In this document: positions 1 to 11,899 of the stretch, one piece after another
Layout of the letters: each line of letters begins with the position of its first letter
How positions within the stretch are numbered: position 1 is the first letter of the stretch
NCBI GenBank assembly: GCA_964016885.1
Contig: OZ024753.1
Span: forward strand, 14,570,001-14,634,000
Length of the DNA stretch: 64,000 bases
Reading direction: 5' to 3'
From: Eledone cirrhosa
Taxonomy: Eukaryota
The notes under the pieces: generated by a model
Database searches by the model: none
The model's input: the letters and a program-made list of their open reading frames with translations, nothing else
Told to the model about the DNA's origin: nothing
Translations under genes and position numbers: made by a program

Positions 1-270
1 TGATTTCTACAGCTGGATGCCCTTCCTAACACCAACCTCATTTACAGTGAGTGCTGGGTGCTTTTTTGCCGAGGCACCTCCATGACCACTTTGCAGTGGA
101 ATGATATGGACCCCAGTCCCTATCATCTCATTTCTACAGCTGAGTAAACTGGAGCAATGTGAAATAGAGTGTCTTGCTCAAGGAAACAACACATCACCTG
201 GTCTGAGAATTGAACTCACAACCATTGGATTGCAAGGCAATGCTCTAACCACTAAGACATGTGCCTCCAT
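1..270 (-). mobile_element. tRNA-derived SINE family A (tRNA head, CORE-like middle, RTE-type 3' tail), cut by window edge
   Basis: Reverse complement reads head with degenerate A box and B box GAGTTCAATTCTC, then CCTTGAGCAAGACAC...CTCAGCTGTAGAAATGAG (resembles CORE domain), then tail shared with the RTE 3'UTR. Near-identical to copies at 42146, 48353, 50222. Confidence 0.85.
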
Positions 271-304
271 ATATATATAAGGCCCACATATATATATATG
301 TGTA

Positions 305-341
<37 letters not shown>

Positions 342-372
342 TAAGGCTCACACATATATATATATATGTGTA

Positions 373-416
<44 letters not shown>

Positions 417-637
417 CGCCCACACATATATATATATAAATGTGTAATTTATATATATATATATATATAAGGCCCACACATATATATATATAAATGTGTA
501 ATTTATATATATATATATATATATAAGGCCCACACATATATATATATATATATATATATAAATGTGTAATATATATATATATATAAGGCCCACACATATA
601 TATATATATATATATATAAATGTGTAATATATATATT
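270..637. repeat. (TA)n compound minisatellite with recurring AAGGCCCACAC and ATGTGTAAT spacers
   Basis: TA runs alternate with these two fixed motifs about six times. Confidence 0.85.
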
Positions 638-858
638 TTACTCAGCTGTAGAAATGAGATGATATGGACTTGAGTCCCTATCATTCCACTGCAAAGTGGT
701 CGTGGAGGTGCCACGGCAAAAAAGCACCCAGCACTCACTGTAAATGAGGTTGGTGTTAGGAAGGGCATCCAGCTGTAGAAATCAAGCCAGAATCAGTTCC
801 CGTCCCACCCTTGCAAGCAGGGAAAAGTGGACGTAAAATGAAATGATGATGATGATGA
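638..858 (+). mobile_element. 5'-truncated SINE family A
   Basis: TTACTCAGCTGTAGAAATGAG...GGACGTAAAATGAAATGATGATGATG; inverted relative to 1-270. Confidence 0.85.
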
Positions 859-1199
859 TATATATCTGTGTGTGTGGGCCTTCCATTTTCATTTTACATT
901 ATATACATGTCTGTGTATATTTTAATTATTTAAAAATCATTTTTAAGTGAACATGATTTTTAAGAAATATCTTAAAGCGAACGTGACCCAACTGGTCACG
1001 GGTCATCTAATCAATCATAAAGTCACCTTCAATATATAAACCTATATCATCGCCATCATCATTACTTGACCTCCACTTTCATATTCTGGCATGCTCTAGA
1101 TACTTCATCAGAGACCAGGTCAGTACGTAATTTCGGGGGTGGGTTAGTGGTGGTGGTGGTGGGGGCTAGTCGTGTGTGTGTGTGTATGTCCTCATAGAT

Positions 1200-1400
1200 C
1201 AGGCATGTCAAAGACTGCAGCCCTTTACAAGCACACCTGCGGCCCGCATAAAGGTTTTTACAGGTTGAGAGTATTTTATCTTCATAATATAACATTTAAA
1301 AAGCTGTAGTAATGTGCGCAATTAGCTGTTGTGTGTGGCCCTCAGACAACACATATGTAACCCATGTGATCCTCGGAGGACCCTCAGTTTGACATGCCTG
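1200..1400. mobile_element. hAT-type MITE
   Basis: 13-bp TIR CAGGCATGTCAAA / TTTGACATGCCTG; 8-bp TSD TCATAGAT (1192-1199) / TCATGGAT (1401-1408) with one mismatch; internal GCGGCCC and GTGGCCC motifs. Confidence 0.75.
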
Positions 1401-1583
1401 TCATGGATGGTTTGTAGTCTATCTCTTGCTCAATATGTTTTTATTTTCAACATGGGTTTTATGGTTAGATGCCCTTCTTAATGCCAATCACTTTAAAAAG
1501 TTTATTGGTTGCCAACTCTAATGAGGATGTACAGTTCTTGAGATCACCACAAAGTCATCTTCCTCCTCTTTTGACATGAATTA

Positions 1584-1782
1584 TGGTTGGCTGAAAAGTT
1601 CATAGATTGACTAACTATGAAGGAATGATGCTAGGGCTGTGAAATCTTGCATGCATTAATTTCAAATCTTCTTATTAATAACTGCATTGTTTCTTTCCAG
1701 GGACTATGTTGAGGAATAAACCTCATATGGTCGTTCCATGAGAGTATCTTTGTCAGCCTATGAACTTTTCAGCTGATCCTTA
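1584..1782. mobile_element. Mariner-type MITE (family also at 4502-4805, 40935-41273 and partial at 56150-56240)
   Basis: TIR GGCTGAAAAGTTCATAG / CTATGAACTTTTCAGC; best copies end TA-CGAGG...CCTCG-TA, typical of Tc1/mariner. Confidence 0.7.
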
Positions 1783-2054
1783 TATATATATGAATCAAAA
1801 TTGCGAGCTGTGTTGTTGCAATTAAGTATAATGAAAAATTAGAAATTATCAGTTGTCTGCTCGGCATCATAGGCTCAGCCTAGGGCGAAACAATAACTAA
1901 AGTAAGTTATTGGGATAAAAAGATATGGGTGGAGAAAGATAAAGACAGGGAAACAGACATGATTGATTAAGCAACATAAAGAGAGGAAAAAAAAATATAT
2001 ATATGCATATGTGGAACTGTATCTATGTATATGTATGTATGAGACAGTTTACTA

Positions 2055-2418
2055 TCATCATCATTTTACGTCCGCTTTTCCCTGCTTGCAAGGGGTGGGA
2101 CGGGAACTGATTATGGCTTGATTTCTACAGCTGGATGCCCTTCCTAACACCAACCTCATTTACAGTGAGTGCTGGGTGCTTTTTTTTTTTTTCGTGGCGC
2201 TTACACGTCCACTTTACAGTGCAGGCTGGGTGCTTTTTTGCAGTGGTATGATAGGGACCCCAGTCCCTATCATCTCATTTCTACAGCTGAGTAAACTGGA
2301 GCAATGTGAAATAAAGTGTCTTGCTTAAGAACACAACACATCACCTGGTCTGAGAATTGAACTCACAACCTTTCGATTGCAAGGCCAATGCTCTAACCAC
2401 TAAGCCATGTGCCTCCAT
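2055..2418 (-). mobile_element. SINE family A variant
   Basis: Head at 2418, (CAT)n tail at 2075, rearranged middle. Confidence 0.8.
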
Positions 2419-2621
2419 TGCTATGTAGAGTTATATTAATAATGACTGCTCCTTTTAATGTTTTCAGCTGATTTAAATGGCTCTTTTGGCTGCTATTTCT
2501 AGGGTCAATATAAGACTTTCATATTGTCCTAATACAACGTGTAGATAATTTTCATACAGTATTGAAGTTGCATCATGCCACTGTACCATGTGGTTTCTAC
2601 GCAGTATATGATATGACAATG

Positions 2622-4058
2622 GAAAGACAATGTCACTGGATCGAGTCCTTTGGTGCTACGCAGTAATACAGAAGACCTGCCTTCCCTTATGTAGAAAGCT
2701 AAACCTACAGTCAGTAGGCACCTCTTAATCCAATATACACCCCACCACACGACCTCTACTCCATCCTCACACTTCTACCCACACCACCCTTTCTCTGTAA
2801 AGTTATGTTAGTTCCACAGAACATCCAGTCCACACGATAAAGAGGTCATGTAAGTGTCACGACAAAAAGCACCCAGTCCACACTGTAAAGTGGTCATGTA
2901 AGTGTCACAACAAAAAGCACCCAGTGCATACTGTAAAGTAGTCATGTAAGTGTCACCACAAAAAGCACCCAGTCCACACTGTAAAGTGGTCATGTAAGTG
3001 TCACGACAAAAAGCACCCAGTCCACATTGTAAAGTGGTCATGTAAGTGTCACAACAAAAAGCACCCAGTCCACATTGTAAAGTAGTCATGTAAGTGTCAC
3101 CACAAAAAGCACCCAGTCCACACTGTAAAGTGGTCATGTAAGTGTCACGACAAAAAGCACCCAGTGCACACTATAAAGAGGTCATGTAAGTGTCACAACA
3201 AAAAGCACCCAGTCCACACTATAAAGAGGTCATGTAAGTGACACGACAAAAAGCACCCAGTCCACATTGTAAAGTGGTCATGAAAGTGTCACAACAAAAA
3301 GCACCCAGTCCACATTGTAAAGTGGTCATGTAAGTGTCAGGACAAAAAGCACCCATTCCACACTGTAAAGTGGTCATGTAAGTGTCATGACAAAAAGCAC
3401 CCAGTCCACACTGTAAAGTGGTCATGTAAGTGTCACGACAAAAAGCACCCAGTCCACACTATAGAGGTCATGTAAGTGTCACAACAAAAAGCACCCAGTC
3501 CACACTGTAAAGTGGTCATGTAAGTGTCACGACAAAAAGCACCCAGTCCACACTGTAAAGTAGTCATGTAAGTGTCACGACAAAAAGCACCCAGTGCACA
3601 CTGTAAAGTAGTCATGTAAGTGTCACGACAAAAAGCACCCAGTCCACACTATAAAGAGGTCATGTAAGTGTCACGACAAAAAGCACCCAGTCCACACTAT
3701 AAAGAGGTCATGTAAGTGTCACGACAAAAAGCACCCAGTCCACATTGTAAAGTGGTCATGCAAGTGTCACGACAAAAAACACCCAGTCCACACTATAAAG
3801 AGGTCATGTAAGTGTCACGACAAAAAGCACCCAGTCCACACTATAAAGAGGTTATATAAGTGTCACGACAAAAAGCACCCAGACCACAGTGTAAATGTGG
3901 TTGGTTTTAGGAAGGGCATCTAACTATAGAAATCAAGCCAAAATTGGTTCTGTATGTGTAAAGGATGGTCACCTGACCTAGCATTGCCAACAACAGGACA
4001 ACTCATCTCACTCATGCTAGCTTGGAAGAATGGACGTAAACCAGTGATGATGATGATG
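2622..4058 (+). mobile_element. RTE LINE 3' fragment with expanded internal minisatellite
   Basis: Starts AAGACAATGTCACTGGA (RTE ORF end, cf. 47086), continues into the 3'UTR and ends GGACGTAAACCAGTGATGATGATG. Confidence 0.75.
2826..3895. repeat. 48-bp minisatellite, about 22 copies, derived from RTE 3'UTR
   Basis: Unit GTCATGTAAGTGTCACGACAAAAAGCACCCAGTCCACACTGTAAAGTG; gives the 16-aa periodic pseudo-ORFs. Confidence 0.92.
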
Positions 4059-4152
4059 TGGAACAATCTGTATGTATTTATGTATATGTATGTATACCAC
4101 TACAGGAATTGAATAATCAAAACCGTAGCGATATGTCACACATCTAATCTCT

Positions 4153-4223
4153 TATATATTTTATCTGATGAAAACGTACTTAAACACCATTGTACCTTTG
4201 AAATATGTATCATAAAATATATA
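4153..4223 (+). ncRNA. Type I minimal hammerhead ribozyme (family H2)
   Basis: Stem I TATATATTTTAT (4153-4164) / ATAAAATATATA (4212-4223); core CTGATGA 4165-4171; stem II AAACGTAC / GTACCTTT with one mismatch; GAAA 4200-4203; near-palindromic stem III; predicted cleavage after AUC (4211). Confidence 0.75.
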
Positions 4224-4422
4224 TTTTGATTATGAGAATATTTTTCATTTATTAATATTTTGAATAATATTAAATACTCCAGAAAATTTTTTACAGTTGA
4301 GTGCTTCTAATCTATTGTAAAATTGAATTTGTTGAATAATCAACGAACCATATAAACTTTGGTATATATATATGTATATATATATGAGATAAACTGTATT
4401 ACAGACAGTTTACTTTGTAGAG

Positions 4423-4484
<62 letters not shown>

Positions 4485-4501
4485 ATGCATATAAATATAT
4501 A

Positions 4502-4805
4502 TGAGGGTAGGCTGAAAAGTTCATAATCTGACTCTTAAAGAGTGATGCTAGATCTGTGAAATCTGACATACATTAATTTCAACTCTTCTTATTCATTGTT
4601 TCTATTATTGGCACAAGGCCAGCAATAACCCAGTGTATTACTGGTACTTTATTTTATCGACCCCGTAAGAATGAAAGGCAAAGTTAACTCTTCTTATTAA
4701 TAACTGTATTGTTTGTTTCCAGGGACTATGTTGAAAAATAAACCTCATTTGGTCATTCCATGAGAGTATCTTGGTCAGACTATGAATTTTTCAGCTGACC
4801 CATGT
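4502..4805. mobile_element. Mariner-type MITE with a SINE family C fragment inside (about 4595-4690, minus)
   Basis: Same TIRs as 1584-1782; internal piece matches SINE C 3' half. Confidence 0.65.
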
Positions 4806-4924
4806 ATAAAAACTTTAAAATAAACAGTTGTGTATGATAGAGGCAGGGAGAGTTTTGGTTGGAATCAAAAGGGTTAAGTCAGGTTGTGTGTTATATAATG
4901 TGTTAAAACTGGTGCGGTTAATCA

Positions 4925-5464
4925 AGGTAGTGTGTATATGTGTGTGTATGTGTGTGTTTCTGGGATTACCTTTGTGTGTGTGTATCTGTGTGTGTATGTG
5001 TGAGTTTCTGTGATTACCTTTGTGTAAGTATGTGTGTATTTGTGTGTGTATCTGTGTGTGTATCTGTGAGTGCTTCTGTGATTACCTTTGTGTAAGTATG
5101 TGTGTATTTGTGTGTGTATCTGTGTGTATCTGTGTGTGTATCTGTGTGTGTGTATATGTGAGTGCTTCTGTGAGTGCTTCTGTGATTACCTTTGTGTAAG
5201 TATGTGTGTATTTGTGTGTGTATTTGTGTGTGTATCTGTGTGTGTATCTGTGTGTGTATCTGTGAGTGCTTCTGTGATTACCTTTGTGTAAGTATGTGTG
5301 TATTTGTGTGTGTATCTGTGTGTGTATCTGTGTGTGTATCTGTGTGTGTATCTGTGTGTGTATCTGTGTGTGTATCTGTGTGTATTTGTGTGTGTATATG
5401 TGAATGCTTCTGTGATTACCTTTGTGTATGTATGTGTATATATGCATGTGTTTGTGTGATTACC

Positions 5465-5502
<38 letters not shown>

Positions 5503-5640
5503 AGTATTTGTGAAAGTATGTGTGTGTATGTGAGTGTTTATGTGATCATCTTTGTGTATTTGCGTATATATGTGTATTTGTGAGTGTTTGTGTGATCATC
5601 TTTGTGTATGTATGTGCGTAAATGTGTAAATATTTGTAAA
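4925..5640. repeat. (GT)n-rich compound repeat with GTGATTACCTTTGTGT spacers
   Basis: GTGTGTATCT and GTGATTACCTTT motifs repeated. Confidence 0.85.
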
Positions 5641-5975
5641 TATCTATGTGTATGAGTTCAAATCTTGCTGAGGTCAATTTTGCTGTTTATCCATTTGAAG
5701 TCAACAATATAAAATACCAGTCAAGCACTGGGGTTGATTCTTCTTCTATATCTCCTTATCCTTTTCTATCCTTCCCTGGAAGAAGCTGCTGTAGTCAGCA
5801 GGATTTGAACTCAGAGCATACAATGAGTTGGGATGAAAATGTAAAGCATTCTATCCAACATTCTAATGTCTCTATCAATGATGTAAATCTTGTGTATTGA
5901 TGTTATAATGACATACATACACATGTTTTATAGATTATCAGCATTTGCTTAACCCTTTTGATATAAATCATGAGA

Positions 5976-6272
5976 CTAGTGGAAGTATGTAGCCTAGTGG
6001 TAAGTGTGTTTGACTTACAATCATAATATTGTGGGTTCAATTCCTGGACTGGGTTGTGTGTTGTGTTTTTGAGCAAAATACTTCATTTCACATTGCTCCA
6101 GTATACTCAGCTGAAAATGAGTACCAGCAGCAATAACTGCGGGTTAACCCTACCATGGACTGGTGTTCTGTCCAAGAGGGAGTCTTGTACTCTTAGTTTC
6201 TTCATGCCACAGAAACCAAGATAAGCAGCAGTCTGATAAGCCTCCAGGCTCAAGACAGACTTTAAACTTTAG
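5976..6272 (+). mobile_element. tRNA-derived SINE family B (CORE-like middle, different tail); second copy 48940-49225
   Basis: A box TAGCCTAGTGG, B box GGTTCAATTCC, TTGAGCAAAATACTTCATTTCACATTGCTCCAG, then ATGGACTGG...GTCCA...CTTCATGCCACAGAAACC tail ending AGACTTTA. Confidence 0.75.
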
Positions 6273-6316
6273 ACATGAAACTATCCCTGGTTCTGTAATA
6301 CAAGACCTACTCATTT

Positions 6317-6543
6317 TAACCCCTTAATGTTCAAACCGGCCATAACTGGCCAGAATTCTCTACCTCTTTCAGTTGAAACTGGCTGTAACTGGTCACTCAA
6401 ACTGATGTTAAGGTATTGTTCTCAAAATAAGTACTTTCAAAATCTCATAGATTCTATACTATGAGAGATAATTATGTGAGGTAAAGCCTTTACCATGAAA
6501 ATATAATAGTATATATAGAGTAATGTGAATGATAAAGGGTTAA
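6317..6543. mobile_element. TTAA-flanked piggyBac-like MITE (copies 41610-41838 and partial 54040-54135)
   Basis: Family ends TTAA-CCCTTTAGCATT...AATGCTAAAGGG-TTAA, degenerate here; internal sequence shared with the other copies. Confidence 0.55.
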
Positions 6544-6989
6544 ATTGTTTAAATTTCAAATAAATCTGTCCATCATAATTTTATTTAAGAAGATATTGTT
6601 GAGTTATGTTCCAAACAGCAATATTATAAAGATAAATGTAGTTCTCTCACTAAATTCCTCAAAATTTGTGGTATTTTTCAATTTTTTATTTGAAATATGC
6701 AGACAATGTATTTTCATCAGAAATACGGTAACAAAACGGTTAAATATTGTACAGAAAATGAAACAAAAAACTATTGAAATAGTGTGAAAGTATATATATG
6801 AAGCTCAGTTTAGATGTAAAATAAATATCTGATTATTTGTAAGAGTTCAAAAAGAAAATTGGAGGCAATGGAGCAGAGAAGTTGTACATTGTGTGTGATA
6901 TAATTGACTAGATTATGTTTATAATAGAATGTATGGTGGCTGAGATATAAATATACTTAATTGTTTTTATAACAATAAAAGAATGTCTT

Positions 6990-7235
6990 TGAGAAAGACA
7001 CTTTATTTCACATTACTCCAGTTTATTCAGCTGTTGAAATGAGATGATAGGACTGGGGTCCCTATCATTCCCCTGTAAAGTGGCCGTGTAGGCGCCACGG
7101 AAAAAAAAGCACCCACCACTCACTGTAAATGAGGTTGGTGTTAGGAAGGGCATCCAGCTGTAGAAATCAAGCCAGAATCAGTTCCCGTCCCACCCTTGCA
7201 AGCAGGGAAAAGCGGACGTAAAATGATGATGATGT
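6990..7235 (+). mobile_element. SINE family A, 5'-truncated
   Basis: CORE-like segment plus RTE-type tail ending (GAT)n. Confidence 0.8.
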
Positions 7236-7544
7236 GAGTATGATACTGTACACTAACATAGTCCTGTAACTCCCGATGAAGTCATAGCGGCACCTTAATG
7301 GTGTTTCCAGGGTATTTGGAGTTTGGAGGAGCCCATCCTTCTCTAAGTCTAAATACAGCAGATTTCTTCCAGAGAAGGATAATGAGAGTGGGAGAAAGGA
7401 AGTGAGAAAGAGGAGAAAGAGATATAGAGGAAGACTCAATCCCTGTACTAGGCTGGTACTTTTTCATCGACCTTGAAAGGATGAAAGGCAAAGTTGACCT
7501 CGACGGGATTTGAACTCAGAGGCCAGAGAGCCAGAACGAAATAT

Positions 7545-8020
7545 CATCATCATCAACGTTTAACGTCCATGTTCCACGCTTGCATGGGTTTGGACGGGGG
7601 TTTTCCCACTTGAGGCAAGAGTGTTTGTCTTGCTCGCATAGGACTGTCTGGCGGGTTTTCTACAGCTGGATGCCCTTCCTAACACCAACCACATTTACAG
7701 TGTGGGGCTGGGAGGTTTTTACCGTGTTGCCTACACGACCACATTTACAGCGTGGACTGTCTGGCGGGTTTTCTACAGCTGGATGCCCTTCCTAACACCA
7801 ACCACATTTACAGTGTGGGGCTGGGAGGTTTTTACCGTGTTGCCTACACGACCACATTACAGCGTGGACTGTGTCTACACGATGTCATTTGTTTCGGCCT
7901 GGATGTTGTGGCACCAACATAACTTTACATTGAAGGGGGCGGTGTGGATGGGGTGGGGGGGGGGTGTATTTTGTTAGAGATGCCTACTGGCTGTAGTAGG
8001 TTTTACTTTGTATTTAGGTA
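7545..8020 (-). mobile_element. RTE LINE 3'UTR fragment with internal duplication
   Basis: Reverse complement of 47145-47530; about 110-bp segment repeated at 7643 and 7755. Confidence 0.8.
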
Positions 8021-8273
8021 ATACTGCAAAGTAATCTATCTGATGCTCTAACGACTGTCTATTTGCTGCCATAACAGAACATTAGAATGTGGTTATAATG
8101 GAATATTTTGTGTGAGATACCAATATACTAGTTTGTGTTTATAACAGAATAACAGAACAAGAGAATGTGATACAGTATATTAGAATGTTGTTATAAGAGA
8201 ATAACAAAATGTGATACATTATATTAGAATGTGGTTAGAACAGAATAGAATGTAGGAGTGTAATGGAGTATAC

Positions 8274-8975
8274 TAGAATGTAGTTGTAACAGAATAACAG
8301 AATGCATGGTGTATGTGTAATACAGTATACTAGAATGTAGTTGTAACAGAATAACAGAATGCATGGTGAATGTGTAATACAGTATACTAGAATGTAGTTG
8401 TAACAGAATAACAGAATGCATGGTGTTTGTGTAATACAGTATACTAGAATGTAGTTGTAACAGAATAACAGAATGCATGGTGAATGTGTAATACAGTATA
8501 CTAGAATGTAGTTGTAACAGAATAACAGAATGCATGGTGTTTGTGTAATACAGTATACTAGAATGTAGTTGTAACAGAATAACAGAATGCATGGTGTTTG
8601 TGTAATACAGTATACTAGAATGTAGTTGTAACAGAATAACAGAATGCATGGTGTTTGTGTAATACAGTATACTAGAATGTAGTTGTAACAGAATAACAGA
8701 ATGCATGGTGAATGTGTAATACAGTATACTAGAATGTAGTTATAACAGAATAACAGAATGCATGGTGAATGTGTAATACAGTATACTAGAATGTAGTTGT
8801 AACAGAATAACAGAATGCATGGTGCATGTGTAATACAGTATACTAGAATGTAGTTGTAACAGAATAACAGAATGCATGGTGCATGTGTAATACAGTATAC
8901 TAGAATGTAGTTATAACAGAATAACAGAATGCATGGTGCATGTGTAATACAGTATACTAGAATGTGGTTATAACA
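8274..8975. repeat. 57-bp minisatellite, about 12 copies, degenerate copies back to about 8080
   Basis: Unit TAGAATGTAGTTGTAACAGAATAACAGAATGCATGGTGNNTGTGTAATACAGTATAC; 19-aa periodic pseudo-ORFs. Confidence 0.92.
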
Positions 8976-9089
8976 GTTCAGCATGGAATATCCGCTCATA
9001 TGAACACTTACCTTACATGATTTCTGGAAATGTATATATAGTACTGAAGTACTTGTAGTCCTCTGTACACTACACTCAAGAAACTTATA

Positions 9090-9383
9090 CACACAAACAC
9101 ACACGTATATATACACGTACATATATAGAACATATGTATACATATATAAATATATATATATATTCATATATATATATTCATATATATATATATATATATT
9201 CATATATATATATATATTCATATATATATATATTCATATATATATATATTCATATATATATATATATATATTCATATATATATATTCATATATATATATT
9301 CATACATATGTATGCATACATACATATGTATATATACATATGTATATACACATACATATGCATACATATATACAAACACACAC

Positions 9384-9414
<31 letters not shown>

Positions 9415-9550
9415 CGCACATATAAATAATATATATATATATATATATTCATACATATGTATATATGCATACATATGTATAAACACATACATATATACAA
9501 ACACATACACACACACACACACATATATATATATGTGTGTGTGTATATAT
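9090..9550. repeat. (TA)n/(CA)n microsatellite
   Basis: Visible directly. Confidence 0.9.
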
Positions 9551-9568
9551 AAATTGTTATTACTATTA

Positions 9569-10516
9569 AGGTTGGTGGATTGGCAGTATCGGTAGAGGGT
9601 TGGACACCACGCTTTGAAGCATAGAGTTACCTCCCTTTATGATCTGAGTTCAAATCCCGCCGAGGTTAACTTTGCCTTTCATCCTCACAGGGTCGATAAA
9701 ATAAAGTACCAGTAATGCACTGGGATAATTGCTGACCTTGTGCCAAAAGCAGAAACAATTATTACTATTATCCTCTTTATGTTCTGAGAGCAAATCCTTC
9801 CACAGTCAACATTTCAGCCTTCCATAGTTCATCATGATCATCGTTTAATGTCTAATCTTCCACATTAAATGATGATGATGATGATGATGATGAACTACGG
9901 AAGGGCTGAAATGTTGACTTTGGAAGGATTTAAAAGTACCAGTTATATAATAGGGTTTGATATAATCAAATGGATGTTAAACAGTGATGATGATGCTCCT
10001 GCAAATTGTGAGCCTTGTGCCAATGCTAGAAACAATTATTTTCATTTCAAGTCCTAATGAGGACAAACTTGCCCTTCATTCATCTAGGGTCGATAAAATA
10101 AAGCACCAGTAATGCACTGGGGTCGATTTAATCTACTTTCCCCTCCCCCAAATTGCTGGCCCTGTGCCAAATGCAGAATCAATTATTATTTTTATTATTA
10201 GTAGTAGTAGCACTGCTAGAATCCTGCACGATATCTTGAGACTCTGATATCAGGGACTCATCTGAGGCCATGCTTCACCTAGCAACATAATGCTAGAGAA
10301 ATCGTTCAAAAATATTTATTATTATTATTATTTGGCAGGATCGGTAGAGGGTCGGACGCCATGCTTTGCAGCATAGAGTTACGGCCCTTGCCATTCTGAG
10401 TTCAAATCCCGCCGAGGTTAACTTTGCTTTTCATCCTTACAGGGTCGATAAAATAAAGTACCAGTAATGCACTGGGTAATTGCTAGCCTTGTGCCAAAAG
10501 TAGAAACAATTATTAT
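9569..10516 (+). mobile_element. Cluster of SINE family C (about 200 bp): 9569-9770, partial 10050-10195, 10331-10516
   Basis: A box TGGCAGTATCGG, B box GAGTTCAAATCCC, conserved GCCGAGGTTAACTTTGCCTTTCATCCT...GGGTCGATAAAATAAAGTACCAG, tail GCCTTGTGCCAAAAGTAGAAACAATTATT. Confidence 0.8.
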
Positions 10517-11029
10517 TGTTGTTGTTGTTGTTGTACTTGTGTACATTACTATTCTTAAGTTTTGACATTTGTTTGGAAATATTTACCAAATATCGTGAAG
10601 AAATTCACATATCAGTTTTTATATTTTCTGCTCCTTTGAGACACTCTTTTCCAACCAAAACCTCTCTAATTATCGGAAAAAAATTTAAAATGGAGTCAAA
10701 CGAACATGAAGGAAAGTGAAGAGAATTAACAGTGACTTTATCATCATCTCTCTCTCATTTAATTACAAACAATTTCTACCACTGACAGAAGCTTTCAACA
10801 TTTCCACCACCACTGCTAACTAAACAAACATCAAAACCTAGTCAAAGCACAATTACCCAAGTAAAAACTCTTCCAATTTGAAGAGAAGTGAAAATACACA
10901 CTTGATTAGTACCCATCGAATCAATATCACTGATATCCTCACCCCCATATAAGGTTTTTCGTGATTGGAAATCGCTCTCTCAGGAATCTATATATATCAC
11001 ACACCATGCAGTGGTTTCTAGAGATACAA

Positions 11030-11798
11030 TACATAGTTATCCCCCAGTATTCCTGGGGGTTACATTCCTAGAATACCCACAAAGAGTGAAAAACCGTGAA
11101 TATTGGACGTGGTCCATAAAATGCTTATAAACGACAAAACATAACATAAAATATAGGCCGGCAAATACGGTATATTGTTATTAATAATTGGCAGTATCGG
11201 TAGAGGGTCGGATACCATGCTTTGCAGCATAGAGTTACGGTCCTTTATGATCTGAGTTCAAATCCTGCTGAGGTTAACTTTGCCTTTCATCCTTACGGGG
11301 TCCATAAAATAAAGTACCAGTAACGTACTGGGATCGATTTAATCGATTTTCCCCTCCCCAAAATTGCTGGCCTTGTGCCTATATTAGAAACCATTATTAA
11401 TAATTTAAGGGCGGTGAATTGGCAGTATCGGTAGAGGGTCGGACATGCTTTCCAGCATAGTTACGTCCCTTTACGATCTGAGTTCAAATCCTGCCGAGGT
11501 TAACTTTGCCTTTCATCCTTACGGGGTCGATAAAATAAAGAACCAGTAATGTACTGGGTAATTGCTGGCCTTGTGCCAAAAGTAGAAACAATTATTAATA
11601 ATTTAGCACTAAAAATATATATATTAAAAATATATATATTGCCACGAAAAAAAGCCATTAAAAAATCGTGTAAGATATTTACAATTCTGCAAATATGCAG
11701 TAGTTTCCACGAACAATTATTAGTTAGGTTCTAAGGAAAATTCCACATATAACTAGGACCGAGAAAGGTGGGACCACAAATGCCTGGGGTACACTATA
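11030..11798. mobile_element. Degenerate pogo/Tigger-like MITE interrupted by two tandem SINE C copies (11186-11400, 11408-11600)
   Basis: SINE copies are clear. Outer ends TAGTTATCCCCCAGTATT... and ...AATGCCTGGGGTACACTA are weakly inverted. Confidence 0.4.
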
Positions 11799-11899
11799 GT
11801 GGATGTTGCGAGAGTTGGGTATATTGTCTGAATGTATGGTTGTCATCACTAAAGAAAGAGCTCTCTATATGTTATCATAGAGGTAAATAAATTTAGAAG

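Noticed and set aside
965-1012. CGTGACC-CAACT-GGTCACG hairpin as a terminator or Helitron 3' end
   Set aside because: Terminal CTAG is degenerate and no matching 5' end was found; bacterial terminators are irrelevant here.
1064-1122. Minus-strand hammerhead-like CTGATGA...GAAA with TGACCT/AGGTCA pairing
   Set aside because: No stem III or properly placed cleavage triplet; at best a decayed remnant.
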